IMG/VR virus record: IMGVR_UViG_3300010429_000387 | Coordinates: 288,001 to 352,000 of that record | DNA: 64,000 nucleotides | Strand: one strand, 5' to 3' | Origin: a virus | Lineage: Duplodnaviria > Caudoviricetes | In this document: in pieces, positions 8,521-18,250 of the stretch | Position numbering within the stretch: position 1 is the first letter of the stretch | Layout: each line of letters opens with the position of its first letter | Program-made: the position numbers and the translations under genes | The notes under the pieces: model-generated | Seen by the model: the letters and a program-made list of their open reading frames with translations, nothing else | Database searches by the model: none | Told to the model about the DNA's origin: nothing

Positions 8521-9684
8521 ATGAACTTCGATTGGAACGAGTACAAGGGGAATCTCACCTGGCTCCCTGACAGGACGCTCTATCTCACGAGGCACGGAAG
8601 CCATGCCTACGGGACGAGTCTCCCAACCTCGGATGTGGACATCCGAGGGATCTGCATCGCCCCGAAGACCTACTACCTCGGATTCTCTCAGGTTTTCGAG
8701 CAGGCGGACCAGAAGGAGCCAGACTTCTGCATCTTCGAGATCCGGAAGTTCCTCCGGTTGGCTTCGGATGCTAACCCGAACGTGCTGGAGTTGCTGCATA
8801 CGGACCCTGAGGATCACCTTCTGACGAGCCAACTGGGTCAGAAACTCATCGACCATCGGCACCTGTTCTTGAGCCGGAAGGCCAAGCACACCTTCTCTGG
8901 GTACGCCGTTTCTCAGCTCAAGAGGATCAACACCCACTACCGGTGGCTGAAGAACCCACCTACGGGTGCCCCTTCGAGGGGAGAGTTCGGACTTCCCGAG
9001 CGGACAGTCATTCCTGGGGACCAGCTTGCGGCTGCCAACTCTGCCATCAAGAAGCGCCTGGACGAGTGGAACTGGCATGAGCTGGAGAACATCGAGCCCG
9101 CCATGCGTCAGGCCATCCAGGATGAGTTCTACCGTCGCCTGACCGAGATCACCCAGTGGTCCTGGGAGCAGACTGATGAGAAGGTCTGGCAGGCAGCAGC
9201 AAACAGCCTGGGCCTGTCTACCAACTTCATCGAGTTACTAGACAAGGAGCGCCAGTACACGGCTCGCCTTCGAGAGTGGCAGCAGTACAACGAGTGGAAG
9301 AAGAACCGGAACCAGGACCGGGCCAAGCTCGAAGAGAAGTTCGGCTACGACACGAAGCATGGGATGCACCTGGTTCGCCTACTCCGAATGTGTCGGGAGA
9401 TCCTGACCGAGGGCAAGGTCTTGGTTCGTCGCCCGGATGCGGAAGAGCTTCTTCGGATCCGGGCTGGGGCCTGGGACTACTTCGAGCTGGTGGCTTGGGC
9501 GGAGCAACAGGACAAGGAACTCGAAGAGCTGATGAAGACCTCGTCCCTTCCAAAGCAGCCTGACCGGGCCAGGATCGATGACCTGTGCATCGAACTTGTC
9601 GAGGAATCCTTCATGACTTCGTGGAAGGCCATCCCACCTGCTGGTGGGGACCGGTTCAGCCACATTCTTGGGGATGACAAGTAG
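8521..9684 (+). CDS. RlaP/YcgL-like pol-beta superfamily nucleotidyltransferase, RF-tagged
   Basis: GSHAYG...SDVDIRG, ANPNVLE, YDTKHGMHLVRLL; GGTGTA-N9-ATG; ends DRFSHILGDDK. Confidence 0.88.
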   Translation: MNFDWNEYKGNLTWLPDRTLYLTRHGSHAYGTSLPTSDVDIRGICIAPKTYYLGFSQVFEQADQKEPDFCIFEIRKFLRLASDANPNVLELLHTDPEDHLLTSQLGQKLIDHRHLFLSRKAKHTFSGYAVSQLKRINTHYRWLKNPPTGAPSRGEFGLPERTVIPGDQLAAANSAIKKRLDEWNWHELENIEPAMRQAIQDEFYRRLTEITQWSWEQTDEKVWQAAANSLGLSTNFIELLDKERQYTARLREWQQYNEWKKNRNQDRAKLEEKFGYDTKHGMHLVRLLRMCREILTEGKVLVRRPDAEELLRIRAGAWDYFELVAWAEQQDKELEELMKTSSLPKQPDRARIDDLCIELVEESFMTSWKAIPPAGGDRFSHILGDDK

Positions 9685-9922
9685 GCGGGATCGAGTCGTG
9701 AGTCAGCACCCTCTCGAAGCGTGAAGCTGCTGGGGATCCACTTTCAGGGTGACCCGGCTGAGCGTATGCAAGAAGGGCGGATTCAATCTCCGCCCTTCTT
9801 CTTTCTGCCCTTGCAAGACTCATTGCCCTTGAGGCCACAATGGGTTTGACCCCTGGGATGCCTTGGATCTCCACGTAGTAGAGACCTTGCTTTTCCAGGT
9901 GTTGAAGCACAACCTCGATCAC
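9656..9922 (-). CDS. Hypothetical protein, RF-tagged (SRFERVL)
   Basis: ORF carries the recurring tag. Confidence 0.6.
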   Translation of the reverse strand: MIEVVLQHLEKQGLYYVEIQGIPGVKPIVASRAMSLARAERRRAEIESALLAYAQPGHPESGSPAASRFERVLTHDSIPPTCHPQECG

Positions 9923-9976
9923 GTCTTTACAGAGGTGGACACATAAGGGGAGTAGTCCTTCGATGCACTGTGGCTT

Positions 9977-11419
9977 GTGATGGACCCGATCATCAAAGCT
10001 GTGGCCCTGAGATACCGGATCGCCTCCAATGTTGCCCGTCGGTTTGCTGCCGTGGTTGACAAGGCAAAGCTGGAGCAGTGGAAGAAGGACCTCCGGGTCA
10101 TGACCAAGATTTACAGGGACATTCCCCTGGACTTCTCTTGGGACGATGATTCCACCAGTGAGAAAGCTAAGAGCCAGTTCCTTGAGGCTCAGAAGCTCTT
10201 CCGAGTCTTCAGAGATGGGTTCACTGACTGGGTCTACAAGGTGGTCCTTCCCAAGAAGGACAAGAAGGACCAGGGGTACCTAGAGCGTGAGGTGTCAAAG
10301 TCTGCTTGGGACTTCCAGTACACGCTGAGCCTTCTGTTCCCCACCATGTACGGGAACATCCCGGAACTCTCGAAGCTCAAGCATGAGCGGGAGCGTAACA
10401 TCAAGCGCTACCAGGTGGCAGCTACGAAGGCGTTCAAGGACCTGGATGAGTATCTGGCCTCTCAGGGAGGCGGACCCCTTCAGCGGCACGACCCGGTAGA
10501 GACCCTGGATGTCGGAGGGATTCGGGTCACCCTTGAGAACTATGGTCGGGATGAGGACAGTGAGGACGACCTCCACAAAACCTTGAACCAGCTCAAGAAG
10601 TGGGTTTCAGGGGTCTCGAAGGCAGGCTTCCCTGGGGCTGTTCAGGGCCTCTCAGTCACCATCAACTTCGACCAGAAGGAAGCCCTCACCAACGGGATGT
10701 ACAACCCAGCCACGGATACCCTGACCCTCCTCCCTCTTGGGATGGCAGGGAATGATACCATCCGGACGGTGACCCACGAGATCGGGCATCGGTTCTACTT
10801 CCGAGACCTCCCTGGTCAAGCTCGGTCCTACTGGGATGAGGTGATGGAGTCCAAGGGCATCAAGATCACCAAGGAGGACATCCATCGGTTCGCTGATGCT
10901 GTCATTCCCAAGGTGGACCCGGACAATCCCAGAGCGATGAACGATGAGGCCAAGGTTCTCCAGGTGGCCCTTCAGGCAGCTCGGAATGAGTCGGATGAGC
11001 TTCGCTTCAGGGAGCTTGCCAAGTTACCGGTTGTCTCCTGGGATGCTAGGACCTTCGACCGTAGCAAGTACCTGGACCTCCTGATGGGCAGCGAGGGTGA
11101 GACCGTTCTGGTGGAGGAGATCACAGACTATGGTCGAACCTCCCCTGTTGAAGCCTTTGCAGAGTGTTTCCAGCTCTGGATTCTCAAGGGTCCCCGAGCC
11201 CTCGGACCCTGGACCCAGGAGTTCTTCCGGACCATCTGCCGGGCAGGTGGCGCAAAGATTGCGTCTGAGCACTACACAGAGGTTTGCGGCAAGTGCGGAA
11301 CGGTGATCAGTCAATGCCGGTGCATGAGCCCCAACAAGACGACCCGAATCGGACTCTGTGACGAATGTGCCGGAATCAAGAGGGAAGACCCTCTAGCTCA
11401 GTGGTTCCCCGTTCCCTGA
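9977..11419 (+). CDS. Zincin-like metallopeptidase (HExxH) with N-terminal VAxRF motif; candidate virion-packaged protein
   Basis: VTHEIGHRF, TDYGRTSPVEAFAE; C-terminal Cys cluster. Confidence 0.7.
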   Translation: MMDPIIKAVALRYRIASNVARRFAAVVDKAKLEQWKKDLRVMTKIYRDIPLDFSWDDDSTSEKAKSQFLEAQKLFRVFRDGFTDWVYKVVLPKKDKKDQGYLEREVSKSAWDFQYTLSLLFPTMYGNIPELSKLKHERERNIKRYQVAATKAFKDLDEYLASQGGGPLQRHDPVETLDVGGIRVTLENYGRDEDSEDDLHKTLNQLKKWVSGVSKAGFPGAVQGLSVTINFDQKEALTNGMYNPATDTLTLLPLGMAGNDTIRTVTHEIGHRFYFRDLPGQARSYWDEVMESKGIKITKEDIHRFADAVIPKVDPDNPRAMNDEAKVLQVALQAARNESDELRFRELAKLPVVSWDARTFDRSKYLDLLMGSEGETVLVEEITDYGRTSPVEAFAECFQLWILKGPRALGPWTQEFFRTICRAGGAKIASEHYTEVCGKCGTVISQCRCMSPNKTTRIGLCDECAGIKREDPLAQWFPVP

Positions 11420-11713
11420 TGTAGTGACGGTGTAGCTGCATGACGGTGGAACCCGTCATGCAAGAGTACCCCTGGATCCAGGGGTCTGGTTGACCCGGAC
11501 CTGGTGGACGGATCTTGCCGAAATCGCTAGATAAGTTAGCCACTGGTTTCGACCTGAAACAGGGGCATTCAAGAGGGTTCCACCTGCTACTTCGAGAACA
11601 TCGTTGACCCACCTGGAGACTTTTCTTGGTGGGTCAAGTCGATTTTTCAGAGAACCTAGGACCCATCGGTGTAGATCGAGGGTAACCTGAACCACGAAAC
11701 AGGAGCGTACTGA

Positions 11714-14065
11714 ATGTCATCCTACAAGGTCTCCGACGGGCTTTTCCTCGTTCGCCAACCAGTTGCCAAGGTAGCGGCTCCGGCCAAGCCTGCTGAGACT
11801 CCGGTCAACCACATTGTCGTCATCGACTGCTCCGGCTCGATGTACGGGGAACTGCCGAAGATTCGTGAGCAGCTCAAGAAGAAGCTCCCGAAGCTGATCG
11901 GAGACAAGGACACCCTCTCGGTGATCTGGTTCTCTGGCCGTGGAGAGTTCGGAGCGCTCCTCGAAGCGGAGCCTGTGGCGACCCTGGCGGACCTGGCCGA
12001 CGTGAACAAGGCCATCGACCGGTGGTTGAAGCCGGTGGGCCTCACGGGCTTCAAGGAGCCCCTGGAAGAGGTCTCCAAGCTCATCGACCGAGTAGCCAAG
12101 AAGAACAAGGCGGTCTTCAGCCTCTTCTTCATGAGCGACGGCTGTGACAACCAGTGGTCACGGGCGGACATCCTCAAGACCGTCGAGAAGGCTGCTGGGG
12201 GCCTCTCCTCTGCCACCTTCGTGGAGTACGGCTACTATGCTGACCGTCCCCTTCTGACGGCCATGGCCGAGAAGGCCGGTGGGCAGCTCATCTTCGCTGA
12301 GCACTTCGACAAGTACCAGCCCGCCTTCGAGGCCATCATGTCCAAGAAGCTCTCTGGGGCTCCTCGGATCGAGGTCAAGGTTCCGGGTGGGACCGTGGGC
12401 GGGTTCGCCTATGCCCTGGCCGACGGGGACCTCACGACCTATGCCGTGGAGGAAGGGAAAGTCCAGGTACCCGAGGATACCACGTCCCTCTGGTGGCTCT
12501 CCCCCTTCGACCCCATGAACGGGAAGTCCCCCGATGCGGGTGCTCTGGTCAAGGACTTCGCCAAGAGCGGCAAGGACACGGAGATCATCGCCCCCCTCTA
12601 TGCGGCGGTCTCCCTCTACAGCGTCAGGATGAAGCCCGAGACGGTCTTTCCCCTCCTGAAGTGCCTCGGGGACGTGGCCTTCATCGAGCAGTTCAGCACT
12701 TGCTTCGGAAAGCAGAAGTATTCCGAGTATATGGACGCATCGAAGGCAGCAGCTTTCGACGTGAAGGCCCGGTTCACCAAGGGCTACGACCCGAACAAGG
12801 TCCCGGCGGATGATGCCTACACGGTGCTCGACCTTCTCCAGCTCCTCTCCTCGGACGACACGAACCGGGTTCTCCTCGACCACCCCGAGTTCAAGTACGC
12901 TCGGATCGGCCGTGGCCGGATCGATGCTGACGAGGTGATGACCGAAGAAGAGCAGGTCAAGGTGGCCGAGATCACCAAGAAGATGGCGGGGGAGAAGAAC
13001 GCCTCCAAGATCAAGGCCCTGCAAGAAGAGCTGGCAGCCCTCACGGCAAACAAGCCCGAGGCTCTGAAGTTCGAGGCAGACCCGGTTTCGGATGGGTACC
13101 CCATCTCCAGCCTGACCTACAACGAGGACCGCCCCAACATCTCCATGCTGGTTCGCAAGACCGGTAAGGTGGACCTCTCCAAGCGCCTCCCGGCTGAGTT
13201 CAAGGGGAAGGTACCCGACTCTTTCCCGACGTTCATCTTCCGGAACTACGCCGTGGTCAAGGATGGCCTCGTGAACATCGAGAAGTTGCCCGTTCGAGTG
13301 ACGAAGGAAACGGCCAACAAGCTCGCCACCCTCCTCCCTGAGGAAGCCAAGCCCTCCAAGCTCACGGTTGCTGGGGACTATGTCGAAGGCGTGATCAATC
13401 TCCGGGCTCTTCCGGTGATCAACCGTCGCATGGTCAAGGCGGCCTCGGCCAAGGTCCTCTTCGAGGAGCAGTTCGCTCTGGAGTCGGCTCGGGCTGCCCA
13501 GAAGGTCTTCAAGGCGTACCGTGACGAGAAGGTTGCCAAGAAGGAATCGGCATCCTTCAAGCTCACCTACGGAGAAGCGGCAGCCGAGTGGCTGAAGAAC
13601 CAAGGATTCACTGACTACAGTGGGTTCGGACCCAAGGTCGTCCAGGCCGAAGCCACCGACTTCTACATGGGCAAGGAGCTTTCGGTCAGCATCAAGGGCC
13701 TCTCTTCCCTTCCCAAGGTGGCCGATGTGAAGGCCAAGATGGGCGGGAAGATGACCCCTGGGATCGCCCTGATGGCTCCCTACGTGAAGGAAGTCGAAGC
13801 CTGGCTGGCCTCGGATGCCTACACGAAGGCCCCCAACAAGGATGAAGCCTTCATCTCCTGGATTGACGGCAAGGCCAAGGAGTCCATCAACAAGGCTCGT
13901 CAGTTCATCTACGAGATTGCCTGCATCAAGTTCGCAATCGTGGTCGGGCAGGTCTGGTTCTCGGAGTTTGCATCCCTCGATGAGAACTCGATGACCCTCG
14001 ACTTCGGTGACCTGAAGGGCGTCCTCTGCAAGGTCGATATGAAGGAGATTCAAGTCAAAATCTGA
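11714..14065 (+). CDS. Large VWA-domain protein
   Basis: VIDCSGSM MIDAS, GLT, FMSDG; AGGAG RBS; strong codon bias. Confidence 0.85.
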   Translation: MSSYKVSDGLFLVRQPVAKVAAPAKPAETPVNHIVVIDCSGSMYGELPKIREQLKKKLPKLIGDKDTLSVIWFSGRGEFGALLEAEPVATLADLADVNKAIDRWLKPVGLTGFKEPLEEVSKLIDRVAKKNKAVFSLFFMSDGCDNQWSRADILKTVEKAAGGLSSATFVEYGYYADRPLLTAMAEKAGGQLIFAEHFDKYQPAFEAIMSKKLSGAPRIEVKVPGGTVGGFAYALADGDLTTYAVEEGKVQVPEDTTSLWWLSPFDPMNGKSPDAGALVKDFAKSGKDTEIIAPLYAAVSLYSVRMKPETVFPLLKCLGDVAFIEQFSTCFGKQKYSEYMDASKAAAFDVKARFTKGYDPNKVPADDAYTVLDLLQLLSSDDTNRVLLDHPEFKYARIGRGRIDADEVMTEEEQVKVAEITKKMAGEKNASKIKALQEELAALTANKPEALKFEADPVSDGYPISSLTYNEDRPNISMLVRKTGKVDLSKRLPAEFKGKVPDSFPTFIFRNYAVVKDGLVNIEKLPVRVTKETANKLATLLPEEAKPSKLTVAGDYVEGVINLRALPVINRRMVKAASAKVLFEEQFALESARAAQKVFKAYRDEKVAKKESASFKLTYGEAAAEWLKNQGFTDYSGFGPKVVQAEATDFYMGKELSVSIKGLSSLPKVADVKAKMGGKMTPGIALMAPYVKEVEAWLASDAYTKAPNKDEAFISWIDGKAKESINKARQFIYEIACIKFAIVVGQVWFSEFASLDENSMTLDFGDLKGVLCKVDMKEIQVKI

Positions 14066-14082
14066 CCTGAATCAGGCATACT

Positions 14083-14122
14083 GAACGGCGGAGTAGGCTA
14101 CCTGCTCCGCCGTTCTGCATTT
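14083..14122 (+). terminator. Probable terminator hairpin
   Basis: gaacggcggagtagg-cta-cctgctccgccgttc. Confidence 0.6.
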
Positions 14123-14140
14123 CTGGTGTAGTGTGTGCTC

Positions 14141-15799
14141 GTGAACACCCGAACAAAATGGGCCATCGGCATCACGGTTGGAGTCTTTGGAGTCTCGACC
14201 ATCACCACCTGGTTGACCTTCCCCTACTTCCTGAAGAGGTATGTCAACGGCCTCAAGCCGGGGGTTCAGGTGGACGAGGTCAAGTGGAAGAGCTGGGATT
14301 GTGCCCAGCTCAGGGGAATCCACATCGACCGCCCCAACGTGAAGGGGGTGCTTACTCAGGCAGTGGCCTGCAAGGATGCCAAGACCTTCGATGCTGACGG
14401 TGGAAAGCTCGAAGTCACCCTCATGGATGGTGATCCCAAAGAGGAGGGTGATGGGTTCACAATCACAGCAAAGAACCTTCAGGTCCACGTCACACGGGGC
14501 AAGTGGACGGCTGATGCTGAGGGGGTGACCTTGGACTCCACCAAGGTCTGTGGCGCTAAGGCAACGGCCAAGCACAAGGGGGTGGAAGCCTCCCTGGAGA
14601 GCCCCTGCCTGGACCGGAAGACCAAGGTGGTCACCTTCACCAGCGGGGAGGCTACCCCCGACCTTGAGTTCCAGGGTCACAAGGTAGGTAAGGTCTCCTT
14701 CGGGAAGGGCTTCTTCGACCCGGTTGGGTCGGTTCAGCTCGATTCCCTGGTCCGAGCCCCAGTGTCCTTCCAGGGCCTCTCGGTGAGCCTCCAGGATGGC
14801 AAGCTCCTGGTCAAGGCTCGTGGAGTCACGGTCACGCATGAGAGGCTCTACACGGCTCCTGTGACCCTTCAGAACGTGGAGGTGATCCCCATCGACCTGA
14901 AGTCTCCTTCTGCCGGGGACCTGTGGGTCTCGGTCAACGGAGCCAAGCTCAACTTCAACCTGGATACCAAGCACGCTTGGGGGTCGGAACCCTGCCAGAA
15001 GTGGCTGGGAGCGGTCCCCCAGGAGATGAAGATCGACCCGATCCCCCAGGTCAAGTTCGTCGGGGACTTCAAGTTCGACCTGAAGATCGAGCCGGACGTG
15101 AAGCTGTCCCTGACCAACACCTGCAAGATCGATGGCCCTCGCCCGGCCTTCATCAAGGCTCTGGACGGGAAATTCAAGTACACGGCCTACCACCCTGGAA
15201 CCAAGCCCTTCGAGCGTGAGACTGGATCGGGTACCCTAGATTGGACCCCCCTTCAGGCAGTCTCCCCGAACATGGCGACAGCCCTTACCACAACCGAGGA
15301 CCCTGGTTTCTTCGGGCACCGGGGTTTCATCACAGCGGCCATCGAGAACAGCCTGAGAGACAACATGAAGCTCGGGAAGTTCTTCCGGGGCGGCTCTACC
15401 CTCACAATGCAGCTCGCAAAGAACCTCTGGCTCTCTCGGACTCGAACCATCGGGAGGAAGGTCCAAGAAGCGATCCTCACCGTGGCTCTTGAAAGCACCC
15501 TACCCAAGGACAAAATCCTGGAGCTGTATCTCAATGTAGTCGAGTTCGGCCCGGACATCTACGGGATTGGTCCGGCAAGTCGGACCCTCCTGCACAAGGA
15601 GCCGATGACCCTCTCTATCCCGGAGTCCTTGTACTTGGTGCTTCGGCTCCCGGCCCCCAACAACTCAGCCTCCTACGAGCAGAAGAAGGGCCTTATCAAG
15701 CGATTGATGGACAACATCGCTGCTTCAGGGAAGGTCCCTGCTGAACTCATCGAGGTTGAGAAGGGCCTTCTTGACTCAGACACTCAGGAGATCCCATGA
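14141..15799 (+). CDS. Membrane-anchored GT51 peptidoglycan glycosyltransferase (MtgA-like, no transpeptidase domain)
   Basis: N-terminal TM; EDPGFFGHRG, GGSTLTMQLAKNL, RKVQE, KDKILELYLN, YGIG. Confidence 0.88.
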   Translation: MNTRTKWAIGITVGVFGVSTITTWLTFPYFLKRYVNGLKPGVQVDEVKWKSWDCAQLRGIHIDRPNVKGVLTQAVACKDAKTFDADGGKLEVTLMDGDPKEEGDGFTITAKNLQVHVTRGKWTADAEGVTLDSTKVCGAKATAKHKGVEASLESPCLDRKTKVVTFTSGEATPDLEFQGHKVGKVSFGKGFFDPVGSVQLDSLVRAPVSFQGLSVSLQDGKLLVKARGVTVTHERLYTAPVTLQNVEVIPIDLKSPSAGDLWVSVNGAKLNFNLDTKHAWGSEPCQKWLGAVPQEMKIDPIPQVKFVGDFKFDLKIEPDVKLSLTNTCKIDGPRPAFIKALDGKFKYTAYHPGTKPFERETGSGTLDWTPLQAVSPNMATALTTTEDPGFFGHRGFITAAIENSLRDNMKLGKFFRGGSTLTMQLAKNLWLSRTRTIGRKVQEAILTVALESTLPKDKILELYLNVVEFGPDIYGIGPASRTLLHKEPMTLSIPESLYLVLRLPAPNNSASYEQKKGLIKRLMDNIAASGKVPAELIEVEKGLLDSDTQEIP

Positions 15800-17028
15800 A
15801 AGACCCGCTAGCTTGGAAAGCAGACCGAGGACCAATGACCGTCGTCTATGCCAGGGAAGCGCTCCCCACTTCAGTGGTCAAGAGCATCTTCTTGGCTGGT
15901 CCCACCCCAAGGGACAAGAGCGTCCCCTCCTGGCGCCCTGATGCCCTGAAGGCTCTTAGTGACCTCGGGTTCAACGGTCACGTCTTCGTGCCCGAACCCA
16001 GGGAAGGGGTCTTCACCGAGGACTACGTAGAACAGGTTGAGTGGGAGAGTGATGCCCTCAACATGGCTGACGTGGTCGTGTTCTGGGTTCCCAGGGAGAT
16101 GAAGACGATGCCAGCTCTCACCACGAACGTTGAGTTCGGGGTCTGGGCGGATAGCGGCAAGGCAATCCTAGGGTACCCTGAGGGGGCTGAGAGCGTTCGT
16201 TACCTTCAGCACATGGCGGACAAGCTGAAGATACCCTCGGTCAAGACCCTCCCCGATACTATGACCCGAGCCCTGGAGATTCTTGGTGAGGGTGCCCCCC
16301 GAGTGGACGGTGAGGCCAAGGTCCCCCTCCTGATCTGGAACCACCCAACGTTCCAGAGGTGGTATGCAGCCCAACGGAAGGTTGGGAACCGTCTCGACTC
16401 CGCCAAGTTGCTCTGGACCTTCCGAGTGGGGCCAAACCGGGACAAGGTGTTTTGCTGGGTGCTCCATGTCAACGTCTGGATCCGCTCTGAGGGCCGGGTG
16501 AAGTCCAACGAGTTCGTTTTCGGGAGGACGGACATCTCTTCAATCGCCCTTTTCTACCGGCCTGAGGAGAAGGTTGGCACGTCGGACTACCTCTTCGATA
16601 CAGAGGTTCTCCTGGTTCGGGAGTTTCGGAGCCCGGCTCGAACTCCCTCGGGGGACATCATGGAGCTGCCTGGAGGGTCCTCCAAGACGGACACGGGGGA
16701 GACTCTTCGGGTTGCGGTGGAGGAGCTGAAGGAGGAGACCTCCTTCGGGATCGATCCTGCCAGGATGACTGAGTTGGGTACCCTTCAGATAGCTGGCACC
16801 CTCTCTGCTCACACGAGCACGCTCTTCGCTAGTCGCCTCACGAAAGAGGAGCGGGACCAGATTTGGAAGATCGCTTCGTCTGGAAAGACCTTCGGTGTTG
16901 AAGAGGATACGGAGAAGACCTACGTCGAGATTCGGACCCTTCGCCAGATCATGGAGCACAACATGGTGGACTGGTCCACTCTCGGCATGATCCTCACCTC
17001 GATACTGACCGACGGGACCCACACATGA
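15796..17028 (+). CDS. Nucleoside 2-deoxyribosyltransferase-like domain fused to Nudix hydrolase
   Basis: IFLAGPTPR...WR...EWE...ADVVVFW.P...TTNVEFG; ELPGG...AVEELKEET. Confidence 0.75.
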   Translation: MKDPLAWKADRGPMTVVYAREALPTSVVKSIFLAGPTPRDKSVPSWRPDALKALSDLGFNGHVFVPEPREGVFTEDYVEQVEWESDALNMADVVVFWVPREMKTMPALTTNVEFGVWADSGKAILGYPEGAESVRYLQHMADKLKIPSVKTLPDTMTRALEILGEGAPRVDGEAKVPLLIWNHPTFQRWYAAQRKVGNRLDSAKLLWTFRVGPNRDKVFCWVLHVNVWIRSEGRVKSNEFVFGRTDISSIALFYRPEEKVGTSDYLFDTEVLLVREFRSPARTPSGDIMELPGGSSKTDTGETLRVAVEELKEETSFGIDPARMTELGTLQIAGTLSAHTSTLFASRLTKEERDQIWKIASSGKTFGVEEDTEKTYVEIRTLRQIMEHNMVDWSTLGMILTSILTDGTHT

Positions 17029-17375
17029 CCTCTGACGTGAGCCGACCCCCAAGAGCTGTCACCTACTGCTCCTTCGCCACCGATGAGGCTGGTTGCCTTG
17101 GGGTGTGCATTCTGGAGGGGAGCCTGGACCCGGTAGCCGCCTCGAAGATGGCCTGGGGCCTGAAGATCAACCCAGGGGGTCAGCTCATGGCGATCTCTTG
17201 CCAGGAGACCGACGAAGATGTCCCCTTGAGCATCTTCGAGGCCATGTGGGCCAACCGAGGGAGGCTCATCTCAGGAGCAGAGGCCCGAGACCTGTTCGAG
17301 GCCAAGAGCGTCCGGGAACTTGATGAGGAGAGGGAGGGAGCACCCAAGGGCACCCCCTCCGCTCAGGTCAGTTGA
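17025..17375 (+). CDS. Hypothetical protein
   Basis: ATGA overlap. Confidence 0.6.
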   Translation: MTSDVSRPPRAVTYCSFATDEAGCLGVCILEGSLDPVAASKMAWGLKINPGGQLMAISCQETDEDVPLSIFEAMWANRGRLISGAEARDLFEAKSVRELDEEREGAPKGTPSAQVS

Positions 17376-17796
17376 CTTCGTGCTCTGGGCTCCAGGCCAG
17401 GACAATCTCAGTCGTCTCCCCGAAGTAGACCTTCTCGCCCCGGCATCGAACGTAGAGCCGCTTCAGGAGGTACTCGGGCAGGTCCTCGATAATCCCCAGG
17501 AAGGTGGCCCAGAAGGCACGGAAGGCGTCATCTGGGAGGCGTGGGAGGAAGCAGATGGCCTGCCCTCCCAGCTTGGTCGTGAACTTCGCCTGGAACCCCT
17601 TGTCCGGGCGACGCCAGAGGACCGTGTGAACCCTACCAATGAGCTGATCACCCTGGTGGAGGTCCACCAGGCCCGTCGAGTGAAGGGTCACCCTGTAGGA
17701 GTTTCCATCACTTGCAAATGTGGACACACGAAGAATTGAGTTGAACTTCTTCTCTTCGCTTTTCTTGTTGCGCAAACCGTTATTTGGTCTTATCAT
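17368..17796 (-). CDS. Hypothetical protein
   Basis: ORF only. Confidence 0.45.
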   Translation of the reverse strand: MIRPNNGLRNKKSEEKKFNSILRVSTFASDGNSYRVTLHSTGLVDLHQGDQLIGRVHTVLWRRPDKGFQAKFTTKLGGQAICFLPRLPDDAFRAFWATFLGIIEDLPEYLLKRLYVRCRGEKVYFGETTEIVLAWSPEHEVN

Positions 17797-17959
17797 TATC
17801 TTGACTTTCTGATCTGTGATTTGGTGTTACATCAGAAAGTGGTGTTCCTAGCGCCACTTTCGGACCCTCTACTGTACACCAGGATCGGGGTGAGTCAACG
17901 GACCCCTGGGGTGGATTTCCACTTTGGGGGTCTCGCCTTTTCTGGTGTATGCCTCGGGG

Positions 17960-18250
17960 ATGAACGACGCCTACCTTGCAGAAGAGATCATCCAACGCCT
18001 CAACCGCCTCATCCAAGATCCCAACGTCAGGGATGACATTGGCAAACTTCTTGAGGTTCGGGTCAATGCAAGCCCAGAGACCTGCAACCACCCAACCATC
18101 CAGGTGCAGTCCGACCTTTTGGGGACCCTGGGGCTCCTGAATGGAATCGTTGGGTCCATCAACTCCGGCTCCAAGCAGGGCTGGGGGTACATCGCTGCTG
18201 TCTTCGATGATAACGGGGTGCTGAAGATCTTCACAAGGATCGGGGCATGA
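17960..18250 (+). CDS. Hypothetical protein
   Basis: GGTGTA-N10-ATG. Confidence 0.7.
   Translation: MNDAYLAEEIIQRLNRLIQDPNVRDDIGKLLEVRVNASPETCNHPTIQVQSDLLGTLGLLNGIVGSINSGSKQGWGYIAAVFDDNGVLKIFTRIGA

Noticed and set aside
12158-14053. 631-aa antisense ORF (likewise 34746..37007, 4426..5844, 14072..15193, 21095..22078, 23427..24605)
   Set aside because: Shadow frames opposite well-supported genes, expected from strong GC3 codon bias
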